Source: Felis catus (Eukaryota). Taken from it: DNA of 64,000 nucleotides. Every line of letters begins with the position of its first letter. The first letter of the stretch is position 1. The stretch lies in NCBI RefSeq assembly GCF_018350175.1, contig NC_058368.1, forward strand, positions 208,570,001 to 208,634,000. Direction: 5' to 3'. Made by a program: the position numbers and the translations under genes. Of the stretch, positions 1-13,162 are shown piece by piece. The notes below the pieces were generated by a model. That model was given only the letters and a program-made list of their open reading frames with translations, was not told the origin of the DNA and made no database searches.

Positions 1-319
1 CTTACTTGTTTTCCTTGTCCTTCTGTGCTATTTCAGCCAGAGGAATGAACTTTGTATTGGAAATTTTAGGCCAGGTGTGAGGTATTAACCTTGGCAGAGA
101 TACCAAAGATTAGTTTAAGAAAAATATAAATCGGCAGAAGGCAATGCATAGATGTTTCCCCAGGAACAGGATTAACAAAGAAAAATAAAAGAAAAAGACA
201 TTACATCCGGCATATTTCAAAGTCATGAGGAAACACATGGATTGTATAAAGAGTAAGATCCAAGTTGGCTCAATTCATAAAGAATTAAGGAGGCAGCAAC
301 AAGAATATGAGACAACATG

Positions 320-537
320 GGGGTGCCTGGGTGGCTCATTTGGTTAAGGGTCTGACTTGGACTCAGGTAATTATCTCATGGTTTGTGAGTTCAAGCCCTG
401 CGTCGGTCTCTGTGCTGACAGCTCAGAGCCTGGAGCCTGCTTCGGATCCTGTGTCTCCCTCTCTCTCTCTGTCCTTCCCTGGCTCACACTGTCTCTCTCT
501 GTCTCAAAAAAGGAATAAATGTTAAAAAAAAAAATTT
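320..537 (+). mobile_element. CanSINE (SINEC_Fc-like tRNA-derived SINE)
   Basis: GGGGTGCCTGGGTGGCTCA head, CT-rich tract and A tail. TSD aagaatatgagacaacatg (301-319) / aagactatgagacaacatg (538-556). Confidence 0.95.
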
Positions 538-600
538 AAGACTATGAGACAACATGAATACAGCAACAACTTTCCCTTATTCTGCACTCCACCTGCCCCC

Positions 601-601
<1 letters not shown>

Positions 602-649
<48 letters not shown>
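602..649. repeat. (CA)n microsatellite
   Basis: Perfect CA run, about 24 units. Confidence 0.98.
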
Positions 650-652
<3 letters not shown>

Positions 653-1289
653 ACACAAATGCCTTCTACAAAGCTTCTTTGAATACTTTTATCGGGGTTT
701 TCTCTTCACTCACCACTGACAGCCTCACCCCCACAATCCAGTCTTTGCACCAGCCGACATGGCCCGATTGCACAGTAGGTCTCCACATCACTCCAAACAT
801 CTTCATTACCAAGATCTCCAGCTGTGGAGTTGTCTTCACAGACTACCATCTCTCTGTCTTCTATCTCTCTCATTCCTTATTCCTATCGAGCCTAACCTTC
901 CACATCAAGGCATCCCTCCTATTCTTTTCCTTTAGTCCCTCTGGTTTCATTTCTATCCCTATTCAGCCTAAACTTCAAGTCACTTATTTCAACAATGCCC
1001 TGTCTAGATGATCTTATTTGAACTCCTGACTCTGGGAATTCCCCTGCCTCTCCATTCTCCATTCCCCTCCAAGAGCAATTGACACTCACTGGAAAGACCA
1101 ATTCAGTACAAATGCCCATTCTTTTACTCCCACGGCCCCTTCCTTGTGCTTGAGACCCTCTTCCTGCAGCATTTCCCAAGGATATTCAAAACTCATCACC
1201 ATATTCCTTCCATGTATCATGATTTTCTTGCAACTTTTATTGGTGTCTAAACCCACCTCTTTCTCTACCTATCATCAAACTGTAGTGCC

Positions 1290-1955
1290 ATGTCTGGCTG
1301 ATTTCATCTCCACAATAATTTTTAAATAATTCTCTTCCTTTCAGTTGCAGTTGGTTATTACCAAAGTCCCAGTTCATTCCCACACAATCTCTGCTTAGCA
1401 GTTTCAAAAGACCTCATCCTGCTCACCTAACCCTTAGCCTCCCCTTTCCATTCATTCAATCCTGCAATCATTTCAGTCCTCTGAAGAAGCCTTCAGTGGC
1501 CCTTGTTAACTACTGACTGAACTACACAGCCCACAGCCTGCACAAATCCTCTACGACAAAGCCCCAACCTGCTTTTCCAGTCTCATCCCATGCCATTCTT
1601 CCATTTTTAGGCCAAAATGGAAACACACATCGTTTTCACACTTCTACACTTTGGTCAATTCCCATCCAGCCCTATCTGGCTTTCAAACTTCTACCATTTT
1701 TCTAGGTTCTTCTCCAATGCCATCTCTTCCATAGAGGCTCACTGGTCAGTGATCTTTCTTCCCTTCAGGCTCCTCAGTAGTAGATTGTTGGGTCACCAAG
1801 AGTGAATTTATCTCACTCTGCTTTGGAGTTTACTTCTATACTTATCTATATTGGAAGCTTCTTTAGGAGCCTTATTTTTTAACTTTGTATTTCTACAGGA
1901 TTTGGAAAGTGCCTTCCATAATATAGGAATGGAATAAATACTTGTGCAAAGGAAA
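1290..1955 (+). mobile_element. Ancient L2-like LINE remnant
   Basis: Pyrimidine-rich degenerate sequence ending in an L2-like 3' motif (ggaataaatacttg). Boundaries approximate. Confidence 0.35.
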
Positions 1956-2575
1956 AAAAAAGAGTAACACAGCCAGCTGGATCTTGCATTTCAGTTTTCT
2001 AATCTGCTCTTAATTGGGGGAAGTGGTAGGTGGAAGGGGTGCTGTAGGTCCTTTCACCTCTCTGGGTCTTGTTCTCTTGAAAAAGGAAAGCTTTTAACTT
2101 GAAGGTCTCTACATAGTCTAGTTCAAATGCAATATAATTCTTCTGCTAGCTGAATAAATTTGGAAAAATACTGACAAGCTGGGTTTCCACTTCCATAAGA
2201 AAAACCTCCCCAAACAGGTAGTTCCAGGAACTTCCAATCATAGCATTGTCACCATCAGGGCTGACTATATATAATCGTATTTAATGGGGAAAGGTCTGGG
2301 GAGCAAGGTTGTGATCTCACTGCAGTCTGACATCTCCTAACCCACTCACCCCCAACATTTTATGTGCAGATATTTAAATTGCATCTTGTTTCCCCAAGAC
2401 TTAAAGTGAATTCCATGGAGTCCTCCTTTCAAAGTCTTATTGAGTCTGGTGAGAAATGATGACGGGATCAGGGTCTGCCATTATTTATTCTTTAATTTCA
2501 TTTCCTGAGTCAGTCTCACCTCTCCCTACTCACACAGTCTGAGGGTAAATGGTGACCCCTGGTCTCACAGTGGCA

Positions 2576-2617
2576 TTTATTTATTTATTATTTATTATTA
2601 TTTATTTATTTATTTTT
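2576..2617. repeat. (TTTA)n-like simple repeat
   Basis: Imperfect ttta/ttatt run. Confidence 0.85.
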
Positions 2618-2974
2618 GAGGTAGTTCCTACTGCAAAAGGCCATATGAAAGCTCTGCCATTTTGCTAATGAAAGGAAACATGTTTTTGCTTTATCCTTTT
2701 TTGTAAACCACACATCAAATGACAGAGTGAAGGGCATATTTGACTCTTGCCGATGATACTGAACATAATGAATATGCTGAGTTTGTAGGATAAGTAATAT
2801 ATATGAAATATTGTTATTATATATATGCATACTAATGTGTCATATTAACACTACCATATTCATCTAAAAGAACAGGAAGGAACTGGAGGAAGTAAAACTC
2901 TGGGAAAATCGCTTGAGACCGACGGCCCTTGGTAACGAAACTTTAAGGCAGCGCTATATTACTTACTGGTATTT

Positions 2975-3180
2975 GCAAAGTACTTTATTCTCCAACATGT
3001 TCTCATTTAATCCAGGCGATGGCCTGACCGAACAAGCAGAGCAGGTGTTATTATACCCGCTGAACACAAGAGAGGACTGACTCCCAACCTACTTGTCAAA
3101 TGGCACAATGGGAAGCGTCAGAGCCACCAGCCAGGAGTCCTGGGTCCTGGTCCTGCCATCTTGCCACCATATTGTGCTGC
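2975..3180 (-). mobile_element. MIR SINE remnant
   Basis: ttctcatttaatcc...ggtgttattatacc...acttgtcaaatggcaca resembles the antisense MIR core. Confidence 0.55.
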
Positions 3181-3712
3181 CCATGAAGGCCACGTGGAAA
3201 ACATTAATTCCAAAGCTGCCTTTTTGAAATGAGAAAAAGAAGGCACAGACTATGCCAAGGCCTCCCAGCTAGCTAGACAGAGAACGGGTGAAAGCCAGAC
3301 CTTGTGACTCCCCAGCCAGCAGACTCTTTCTGCTTACCAAAATGGAATAAATTACATAAAAAGTAAATGGTTCTGAGGAGGTATTTATCATGCAGGACCA
3401 AAGGCATTATTCACTTACAATAGTGCATGTAAATATTTAAACTGTGAGAAAATCTTCATGATGGCTGAGCAGGCAGGATTACTACTTGAACAATTAAGAG
3501 AATAATATTAGCCTATGAGTACGATGCTTATTGCTGCTTTCCAATCAAATTTACAACGTAGGTAGCTTGATAAATTTAGTGATTTTATATATTATATGTA
3601 ATATATGTAATGATATGTATTATATATTATCAAATTTAGTGGCCACACATACATAATTGGATAACATATAATACAGTGATATACAATCAACTAATGTAGT
3701 GGCTGTTAACTA

Positions 3713-3815
3713 ATGTGGGCGTTATATGAAAGTGATGAATCATTAAATTCTACTCTTGAAACCATTATTACACTATATGTTAACTAATTTGGATTTACAT
3801 AAAATTAAAAAAACA
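3713..3815 (+). mobile_element. Carnivore L1 3' terminal fragment
   Basis: gtgatgaatcattaaattctactcttgaaacc...gttaactaa plus A tail. Homologous to the L1 3' end at 30700-30785 in this window. Confidence 0.85.
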
Positions 3816-4175
3816 AGAAGACCCTTCCCACCTTTGCCTGCCTCACTTATCCTGTGAAACTCAAGCATTCTTTCTGATAACTTTACCTAAACCAAGTACA
3901 ATAAAGCCTTTATGTGTGCTTTGGTAAGTGTTCTGGACATACCTCTATCTTATCCCTCACCATGTTTTATTCATGTTACCTGCTCACATCCTCTGTCCAA
4001 TTAATCAGAATGCAGTTGGTTAAGAATTTTCACTAGTCATCAGTGACAATGAGTTACTGATTAATATGGGAGCATCTGAATACAGATGTCATTAGTGGTG
4101 GTAACTCACATAAGCAGCACCTCTCGTAGAAGACTACTTAGCTTAGCTGGTTGATGCATTTAAAAACTCTATTCA

Positions 4176-4390
4176 GGAGCACCTGGGTGGCACAGTCCAT
4201 TAAGCCTACAACTCTTGATTTGGGCTCAGGTCATGATCTTGCGCAGTCGTGGGATTGAGCGCCCTGTTGGGTTCTACGCTGGGCATGGAACCTGCTTTGG
4301 GATTCTCTCTCTCCTTCTGCCCCTCTCCCCTGCTCATTGTACTTTCTCTCTCTCTAAAACATAAATTAAAAAATTAAAAAATTAAAAATA
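4176..4390 (+). mobile_element. CanSINE (older subtype)
   Basis: SINE head and CT/A tail. Perfect TSD taaaaactctattca (4161-4175 / 4391-4405). Confidence 0.95.
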
Positions 4391-5373
4391 TAAAAACTCT
4401 ATTCAATAATCCTCATCTTTGTCATTTTTCCATCTTTGTAAAACCGCCACTCTGTCTTTATTTCCCCTTACATTTTCATCATAAATTATGCCACTCCTCC
4501 TTACTCCCAGTAGGGTACTCTTAGTTTCATAATCTGATCATCTATGACAACAGTGAGACATTTTTCTTTATAACTTGAAATTGTTTAATATGTTTTTAGT
4601 GGTGATTTTGTGAATAAATCTGTTTCCGCTTATGAAATCGAAAGTCAAGTATTTGATTTGTTGGGCTCAATATTTGCCTTGAAAACACTTAATAAACCAT
4701 GATGCACTTAATAAAAATTACATAAATAAGTTCAGATTGAGAGTTAATGCTTTCAACAAGTATTTTTTTCAAGAATAAATGAAATGGAAATGGCTAAATA
4801 TTTGATAAGCCTCAAAGATTAGTAATTGTTTTCTCTCCGTCTTTTGTTCTGCATAAACTTTCCCAAACATACTCGACACGGGCATTTTTCAAATGTTATT
4901 TTTTTAACACATTCTTTACACATGTTTACACATTTTTTTCTCTTCTACTGCTCTGACCCCACTGCCGCCATGCCTGCCAAGCCCGCTAAGCTGTGTGCAG
5001 GTAATCTACCACTGTTTCCAGTGCCCAAAGATGTGTCACCAACGTCGCACTGTAGCATACACTGTGTCTGCTGAGTTTGGCTGCCTCTGCCACCTCCCTA
5101 TGCACTGCCCTATGAACCTTCTAGATCTGGCTCCCACCACAGGGCACTGCCACCACTCCCACTGGATACTTCCACTTCTACCAATGCCAAGACATCAAGG
5201 TTTTGGAGGTCGCAGTTTCTCCTGTGGTGACACAGGGAACACTGTCCTCTGCACAAAATGTGGCTTTGTCCTCAGTGTCTCCCAGGGTTTTCACTTCCAG
5301 TCTCCTCTGTCCCAGAACTTAGATACGATTTCACGGAGGAACCGGCTAAGAGCTGCCACCCCTTAAAGGACCA

Positions 5374-5586
5374 GGGGCACCTGGGTGGCTCAGTGGGTTA
5401 AGAGTCTGACTTTGGCTCAGGTCATGATCTCATGGTTCGTGGGTTTTAGCCCCATGTTGGGCTCTGTGCTGACAACTCAGAGCCTGGAGCCTGCTTCAGA
5501 TTCTGTGTTTCCATCTCTCTCTGCCCCTCCCCTGCTCACACCCTGTCTCTGTCTCTCAAAAATGAATAAACATTAAAAAAAAAATG
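5374..5586 (+). mobile_element. CanSINE (SINEC_Fc-like)
   Basis: Full SINE body. TSD taaaggaccagg (5364-5375 / 5587-5598). Confidence 0.95.
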
Positions 5587-6764
5587 TAAAGGACCAGGCT
5601 TCTTACTAGAGCATACTTGTCCTGCCTCATTTATCCTCTGTGCACACAGGCTTCTGCAAACGTGCCCTTAGAGGCACTGTTTGAGGCATATGAATCAGGA
5701 ATCCAGCTTAGGCTAAGTCTAAGGCAAGACATGCTATACACATTTTTGCCCAAAATTTTGTCCAGGTGCAAAATGAATGTGAATGTTCAGTTGTAGGCAT
5801 TGCACACATGGTCCTGAATTTATCACATCACAAGCAGATTCTCAGAGTACATTTTTTGGCTTTTATTAATATCCTTTCCAAAAGGACAGTTTTCTATGAA
5901 ATATGATTTTTAGAAAACCTATAAAATTAGAATATTTAAAAAAACATTTGAGCATGTGGTTGTAGGGGAAAAGCAGGAGAAGCTGGCATGGAAAATCTGA
6001 ACATTCACAGGATTCGATCCAGATGATATCAATCATTAAGGGAATTACTTAATGGCCATTCTCATGTACTTGTTTTGTCACTGTCTACCCAGCTTTGATG
6101 TGGATACACCAGCTTTGCTGTCTTTGATTATAAACGGAGCACTACTGGAAAATTGGGAGTTTGGAAAAGAGAAACAACGGTGATTGAATGAATGTCAACA
6201 AAGACTATGTAAGGAAACATTTCAGGAGATAAATGTCTATATTTACGTGAAATATTATTTAGCGTAAACTCACATCTGAAATGTATACATGTGCATGCAT
6301 ATGAAATAGCTACTGATAAACAAATATTTCACTTTTACATATGACATCTATTAAGCATTGTTCTGTGAAAGACTAGACATCGAGGGCTAGAAAGAACTGG
6401 AACAAACCATATAATCCATTTGCCTCCATTTAGGCAGGTCCTGTACATCGTGCATGAAATCTTAGATGACGCACTCAAGCGGTTCTCCAGCTTGGCGAAT
6501 TACTGGCATAACCACACAAACTATCAACTTCATCTATGCCTATCCTTATCCATTAGCATCTCCTTGGTGTTCTGCAGGCAGGCATAATTGCAGATAGATA
6601 TATTTCATGCTTTTCAATCAATAAACATTTATGGCTATCCTATGTGTAAATGATCAGGCTTGATGTGGCAGGGAATTTGAAGAAACTTGTAATACCTTAA
6701 TTTGTATTTCATTTACCTATCTACCTATACACACACACATGCATATATATCTGTCTATATATAT

Positions 6765-6925
6765 AAAGCACTTTCATACATGCTATTTCATTGAATATTC
6801 ACAACAATCTCTTCCAAGGATGAAAAAAGTAAAGCTCAAAAAAGGTAAGTGACTTGCCCAAGTACACACAGTGGCAAAACTGAGCTTGAGTTGAGGTTTC
6901 ATGATACTTAAGTCCAAGTTTACCA
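6765..6925 (-). mobile_element. MIR SINE remnant
   Basis: gctcaaaaaaggtaagtgacttgcccaagtacacacag matches the MIR antisense core. Confidence 0.7.
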
Positions 6926-7049
6926 TATATCAACTTTCCCTAAATGTTATAACTTCTCATAACCTTGGTCCCTACCCCATTGACAATCCTGGGGCAAGCT
7001 AAAATACATTCACAATGATTGAAGGATGATATGATGAGGGATAAAGAAT

Positions 7050-7980
7050 GATAGGCGCTCAGAGTAAGGAGGGATCAGTCACTTCCAAATCAGTTCATTT
7101 GGAAGAGTTCATGGAAGAGGTAGAATTTGATTTGGATTTTGAAAAACCAGTAAAATGTTCACAGATGAAAATGGGAGAAAGGACATGCCATGAAGAGTTT
7201 TTGAAATTGGAAACAATAGGAAACAATAGCAATTGACCTTGATTGGAATTTAAGGCTTGTGACAGGGTACAGTGGAAAATAAGCTTCACATTAGAAACTG
7301 GGATCTGATTATGCAGGTCCTTGAATATTCAGAAAAGTGTTAGGTACTCATGGAAGATTTTAGAGCAAGACATCTCTGGAGTTCTATAAAACATTAGAGG
7401 AAGAAGAAATTAGAGGAGAGAGACCAGTTAAAGGTTTACTACAAAGTTCAAGTGAAAAAAGTATAAACTTATTCTAGGGGGATGGCAGTGGAAATAAAGA
7501 AGAGGAAAAGTCCAATTGAAAGGATTCATTAATTGGATACAGGGGCTCTAGAGAGAAAACAAAGAAGATGCCAGGCTTTTGTGCCTCAAAGTGTAAGCAC
7601 AAACAAGATAGGAGGAAGCACTGATGTGGGACAAAACACAAGAGCTTGCTTTTGGGTATTTTAAGGTTGTAGTTGGAGTGCCACACAGTAAGACATACAA
7701 CAGAGAGTAGAAATGAAACCAGGTCATAGATGACAGGTCAAGGCATGAAATATAAATCTGAGTGACATCTGCCTAGACATTACTAATGAAGCATGGGAAT
7801 GAATTAGGAGGTTACAAAGGAACATATTAAGAGATTACATGGGAGGAGAATGGAAACAAAAGGACAGGAAAGAGAAGAGGAGTACAGAATGACCTTAAAA
7901 ATGTTTTAATTTAATTAATACAGGCAAAGAAGTCAGAAAGAAGACTGAGGAGCTGTAAGAAAGGGAAGTGGGGAGAAGGA
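7050..7980 (-). mobile_element. L2-like LINE remnant
   Basis: Purine-rich degenerate sequence typical of antisense L2. Boundaries approximate. Confidence 0.45.
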
Positions 7981-7999
7981 AAATAACTCTTAAAGGAAG

Positions 8000-8837
8000 G
8001 CAAGACAGGAAAGAGAAGGCAGGAACTTCAAGGTTGCAAAAGCAGAATAAAGCCACAGCGTAAGAATCTCCCTCCCCCAGTATCTCTCGAAATCAGCAAA
8101 ATGACAACGTTAAAAAACAGGCCTCCAAAATTCTGCAGCAACAACCAAACCAGAGAAGGGGATAGCCTTAGGCCATAAATTTCAAAAAGTATTGGCCAAT
8201 GAAAGAGACTGAAAATTCTGTAATGAAGTGACACAGTTCATCATGGCAAGGCTCCTAACACTATTTCAATCCCTTGCAGCCATATAGGCATACCAACTAA
8301 ATCCATGAACACCTCATTAATATCTCAAAATAGGGAGAGAAAGTTACTGAGAAGCTAACTCTCCAAACGGGAAGTCACAGAAAATGTTGGAACATATTGG
8401 AAATGAACAACCAATTATAACCTCTTTAATGGCATTGAAGGTTGTAAGACTAAAACATGAAATTGAGGAATAGGTTCCAAGTTTGAGGGTACACTCCCAT
8501 GTGACTAGAACACTCCCTCAACTCAGTGAAGAAAGCCCTCGCACAATTAATAAACACTTAACAACTTTAGAAATGACTTCTGAGCCCTGATACTCGAACA
8601 AAATCTGCACAATATCTCACCTAGGCTCTGTCCTGCCCTGCCATGCTTATAGAAGACATGGAAACATAAAAGACCAAGCCCTAAAACGTGGTTTGTCAGG
8701 AAAATAAATGAGTGTCAAAATGAAAAGGAGACAAGAAGACACCTGTACTATATTAGGGCAAATAACAGGTCTGGACCAAGAGGACAGTTGAACAAGATGA
8801 AAATTAGCAACCTGGCAACTAGTCACATACAAATAAA

Positions 8838-8873
<36 letters not shown>

Positions 8874-9600
8874 ACAAAAGATAAAGAAACCAATTTGGAT
8901 ACAAAACAACTAAAAATCAGAAGGAAATTGTTCACAAGTGCTCTGAAGTATAGAAAACTTAATAAGAAAAATTTAGTAAAACAAGTGCTCCTAGTCAAGA
9001 TGATTAAGCAACAAAATGAAATAAAGGGCTAAGTTACAGAAGCAAGAAAACAAATCAAAGAAGAAAACAGAATCATTTATGATTAAATTTGAGAATACAA
9101 GAAATAAACTAAATCCACCTAAAAATAAACTTCCCAGGATATAGGAAAGTGAATGCAAATTCAAAACATAAAATAAAAAAGTAGAGACAGATGTGATAAA
9201 AAAGAAGTTAACTGATATAGAGAATAAAACATTAAATATGGATGCAAAAAGTATTTAATATGATACAAATAAATTCTACTGGAATGAAAAAAATTCCACC
9301 CTACAGATCACATCACCTTGGGTTAAAATAATAATAATAATAATGGAGACCACTTATAATGCTAAGATAATGAATTTCTACATAATTCTCAGATATCTAG
9401 ATAGAAAAAAACCTAATCACCATGAGGGGACAATCACAAATTGACCTCAATCTTCTCCACAGCAACATTTGATGCCAGAAGCAAATGTAAAAATGTCTAC
9501 AAATTTCTGAGAGAAACAACAGTGTGTCTTATAAATATCAGAGCTAGGCAAGATATGGGTAATAATAAACAGACATTTTCAAATATAAAATAATTACTAC
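8000..9600 (+). mobile_element. Highly degraded old L1 (5'/ORF1-like region)
   Basis: A-rich sequence with ORF1-like motifs near 9440-9510 (ttctccacagcaacatttgatgccagaag). No intact frame. Confidence 0.4.
8840..8871. repeat. (CA)n microsatellite
   Basis: Perfect CA run. Confidence 0.97.
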
Positions 9601-9971
9601 AATAGGGTTTTTATGAGTTTTTTTCTTATTTTGATTTTTCAATGCTAAGAGTATAAGATTGAGAATTCATTTATATAGAGTAAAACTCATACATTTTAAT
9701 GTACAGCTCAATGAATTTTGACCTGGGTAACCATCATCCTGATCAAGATTTAGAATATTTCAATCACCTCGGAAAGTTTCCTGGTATCTCTTTCCAGTAA
9801 ATATCCCTGTATTTTTTTTCCTTATTTCTATCACCATAGATTAATTTTGCCTGTTCTTAAAATTCGTATAATACAGAAGTAATACAGAATTGCTATTTTA
9901 TCTAACTCGAGCTCAAAATAGTGTTTTTGTATTTCATTTATGTTGTGGTGAATGTCAGTAGTTCTTTTATC

Positions 9972-10205
9972 TTTCTCTTTCTTCCTTCCTTTCTTTCTTC
10001 CTTCCTTCCTTCCTTCCTTCCTTCCTTCCTTCCTGAGAGAGAAAGAGCAAGCCAGGGAGGGGTGGTGGAAGGGAGAATCCCAAGCAGGACCTGACACATC
10101 AGCATAGAGCCTGACATGGGCCTCAAACCCACTAACTGTGAGATCATGACCTGAGTGGAAACCAAGAGTTGGCAGCTTAATCGACTGAGACACTCAGATG
10201 CCCCA
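9972..10205 (-). mobile_element. CanSINE nested in L1; tail converted to (GGAA)n
   Basis: Antisense SINE ending ...cactcagatgcccc, with a (TTCC)n run at about 9981-10034. Confidence 0.92.
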
Positions 10206-10990
10206 TTTCTTTTTTTATTTCTGAGTCCATATTCCAGCTTTTCAGTTCTAATGGACATTTGGGTTTTTCTAATTTGGGACTCTTATAAATAAAATTGTTA
10301 TGAACATTCTTGAAAAAGTCTCTCTGTAGGATAGATGCATATATTCCTTTCCTTTGGCAATATTTTTAGGAATGGAAATATTGGGTCATAGGACAGATGT
10401 ATATCTAACTTTGAGAGTAAGAAACAGTCTTCCAAAGTGGTTGTTTTATTTTATGCTCCCACAAGAAATATATGAGAATTGCAATTGCTCCACATCCATA
10501 ACAGCAGTCTTCTTAGTTTTAATCATTTTGGCATCTTATCATGGTCTTAATTTGCATTTCTCTAATGACTAATGATGCTCAATACCTTTCATATGTCATT
10601 GGTTGCTCATAAATCTCTTGTGAGGTGCCTGTTCAAGTCATCTGCCATTATTTACTTAGATCATTGTCTTTTTAAAATTTGATTTGCAGGAGTTGTTTTA
10701 CATTGGGTATCAGTTCTTAATCAGATATATGTTTACAGTACTTTTTTCTAGACTGGGGCTTGGCTTTTTACTTTCCTAACCAATGTCTTTTGATGAACAG
10801 AAGCTTTTAATGTTGATAAAGTCTGATTTATCATTTTTTATTTGATAATTTGTGCTTTATGTGTCTTGAGAAATATTTCTCTACCTCAAGAAAAATATTC
10901 TCCAATCTTTAGGAAGAATTACAATCTAAGCTTTCACATTTGAGTTAATATTCACGCATTGTATGAGGTAAAAATCAAAGTTTTTTTTTC

Positions 10991-11024
10991 TTTTTTTTCT
11001 CCAAATTTTTATTTAAATTCCAGT
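10991..11024 (-). mobile_element. Ultra-short carnivore L1 3' end insertion
   Basis: Reverse complement actggaatttaaataaaaatttggagaaaaaaaa, flanked by duplicated aaag(t)nc. Confidence 0.7.
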
Positions 11025-13038
11025 AAAGTTTTTTTTTTTTCCATATGGATGTCCAGTTGTTCCAGCATCATTTATTGAAAAGACTTTCCTTTCTCCATTG
11101 AACAGACTTGGCATCATTTAAAAACCTAATGGACTGTATATGTGTAGTACTATTCCAGACTCTCTTTTCTGTTTCATTAATTTATTAATTTCTTTGTCTA
11201 CCTTTAGACCAACTACACTGTCTTAATTACTGAAGCTTTATAAGTCTTGACATATGATAGCACAAATCCTTCCATTTTGTTCTTTTTCAAGGTACAATGG
11301 CTATTATAAGTCCTTGCATTTCTATATAAATTTTAGAATCAGCTTGTTACTCCAAAACACCTGCTGAGATTCTGATTAGAATTGCATTCAGTCAATAGGT
11401 CAATCTGGGAAGAATTAACATCTTCACAATATTGAGTTTTCTATTCTGTAAGCATCATATATCTTTCCACTTTTTTCAGTCTTTTAAATCTTCTATCAGC
11501 CGTGTTTTGTAGTTTTCAATATACAGATAGGTCTTGCATCCATTTCATTAAATAGGTCTTTATAAATGGTATTTCCTTTAATCTTCCAGTTCTTTGTTGC
11601 TAATAAATGGAAGCAAATGATTTTGATATATTGACTATGTATCCTTTGAACCTGATAAATTTGGTTTTTAGTTGCAGTGGTTTTTAATTTTTTTGTAGAT
11701 TCCATTAGATTTTCTTTGTACACCAATCTATTATCTTTGAATAGTTTTACTTCTTCCTTCCTATGTTTATACTTTTTACTTTTTATTTTTGCTGTAGTGT
11801 ACTGGCTATGGTCTCCAGTACAATGTTGATTTAAGTGATGAGAGGGAACATTTTTGCCTTAAAGGGAACCCCCCCCCCATCAGGTTTTATGTTAGCTCTA
11901 GGTTTTTGTAAATGGTTTTATAAAATTGGGGAAGTTCTCTTCTATTCCTACTTTTCTGAGAGTTTGTTTCATGAAGAGATGTTTAATTTTATCAAATGCT
12001 GTTTCTGCATCTATTAATATTATCACATAGTTTTTCTCTTTATTTTTCAATGTGGCAAGTTATTGATTGATTTTTTAATGCTGTGCCAAACTTGTATGAC
12101 TCTACTTGGTCATAATGTTTCATCTTTCTTATATATTACTATTTGCTTGTATTTGTTTAGAATTTTTTCATTGACGTTTATTAGGTTCATGGGATCTATA
12201 ATTTTCTTTTTTGTGTTTTCTTTGTCAAGTTTTGGTATCAAAGTTTTTCTGGCCTCATAAAATGAATGGGAAAGTATTCCCTCTTATCCTCTGAAAGGGT
12301 CTTAATATTTGTATTTTTTCTTATTTAAATGTTTGGTAGTATTCACAAAGAAGCCACTTGGGTCTAGGATTTCCTTTGTGGGGACATTTATAATTATAGA
12401 TTTTAATTCTTTAACAAATATAGGAATATTCACATTTTGTATTTTTTACTTTTGACAATTTCATAAAGTTGTCTTTTTAAAAAAATGTCCATTGTTCCAA
12501 GTTGTCAAAAGTATCACCATAAAATTGTTTATAATATTTCCCTTATCATCTTCCTAACATCTGCAGGGTGTGTACAGATATCACCTAATTTATGTTTCTC
12601 TCCTTTTTCTTGATCAGTCTTCCTGTGGGTTTATTAATTTTATTAATATGTTTAAAAAAAAAAACAACTTTTGGATTTTCTCTATTTTTGCCTATTTTCT
12701 ATTCCATTAAATTTGCTCTTTTCTTTATTATTTCCTTCCTTCTACTGTTTTTGTTTTACAAAAATAATACACTGATTTCTTTTTAAGAAGGGATAAATGA
12801 AAGAAAGAAATACATTCAATAGTGTTAAATCTTTATAGCTATTAATAAAAAGGATGAGAGATAAAGACATTAAAATTGGCAAATAGGAGATAATTTGTGA
12901 CTTTCAACATGTTTCACTGAATAAAAGACCCAGGGTCAGACACATTTGAGCTCTGGTAATGGAATCTGTAATTGTCTTTTGACCATACAACATATGAACC
13001 TAGTTTCCTTTATTTGAGAGCTCCCCCTGCCACCTCCC

Positions 13039-13039
<1 letters not shown>

Positions 13040-13074
<35 letters not shown>
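13040..13074. repeat. (CA)n microsatellite
   Basis: Perfect CA run. Confidence 0.97.
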
Positions 13075-13077
<3 letters not shown>

Positions 13078-13162
13078 TCACATAATACATGAAATGAGGC
13101 AAAACCTATTTTCTGCTATACATGGAAAATTCCAGAAACTTACTTTCCCAGGAAACCTTGTT

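Larger units (their letters stand above)
9650..12770 (-). mobile_element. Old L1 (L1M-type) 3' UTR and degraded ORF2, antisense
   Basis: T-rich L1 antisense text (gatgtccagttgttccagcatcatttattgaaaagac). Minus-strand ORF 11496-11726 resembles an ORF2 fragment. Confidence 0.85.

Noticed and set aside
307..525. Recurring similar short ORFs (MAQWVK...AQSLEPASDSVS...) here and at 5385, 34027, 42583, 42814, 48163 and 62287, resembling a gene family
   Set aside because: They are translations of CanSINE copies, not genes.
544..1011. 155-aa ORF with a TH repeat
   Set aside because: The repeat is the (CA)n microsatellite and the rest has no recognisable homology.
1034..1043. Perfect NF-kB-like sites (GGGAATTCCC here; GGGATTTCCC at 43547-43556)
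   Set aside because: These are isolated 10-mers without supporting context, so function cannot be claimed.
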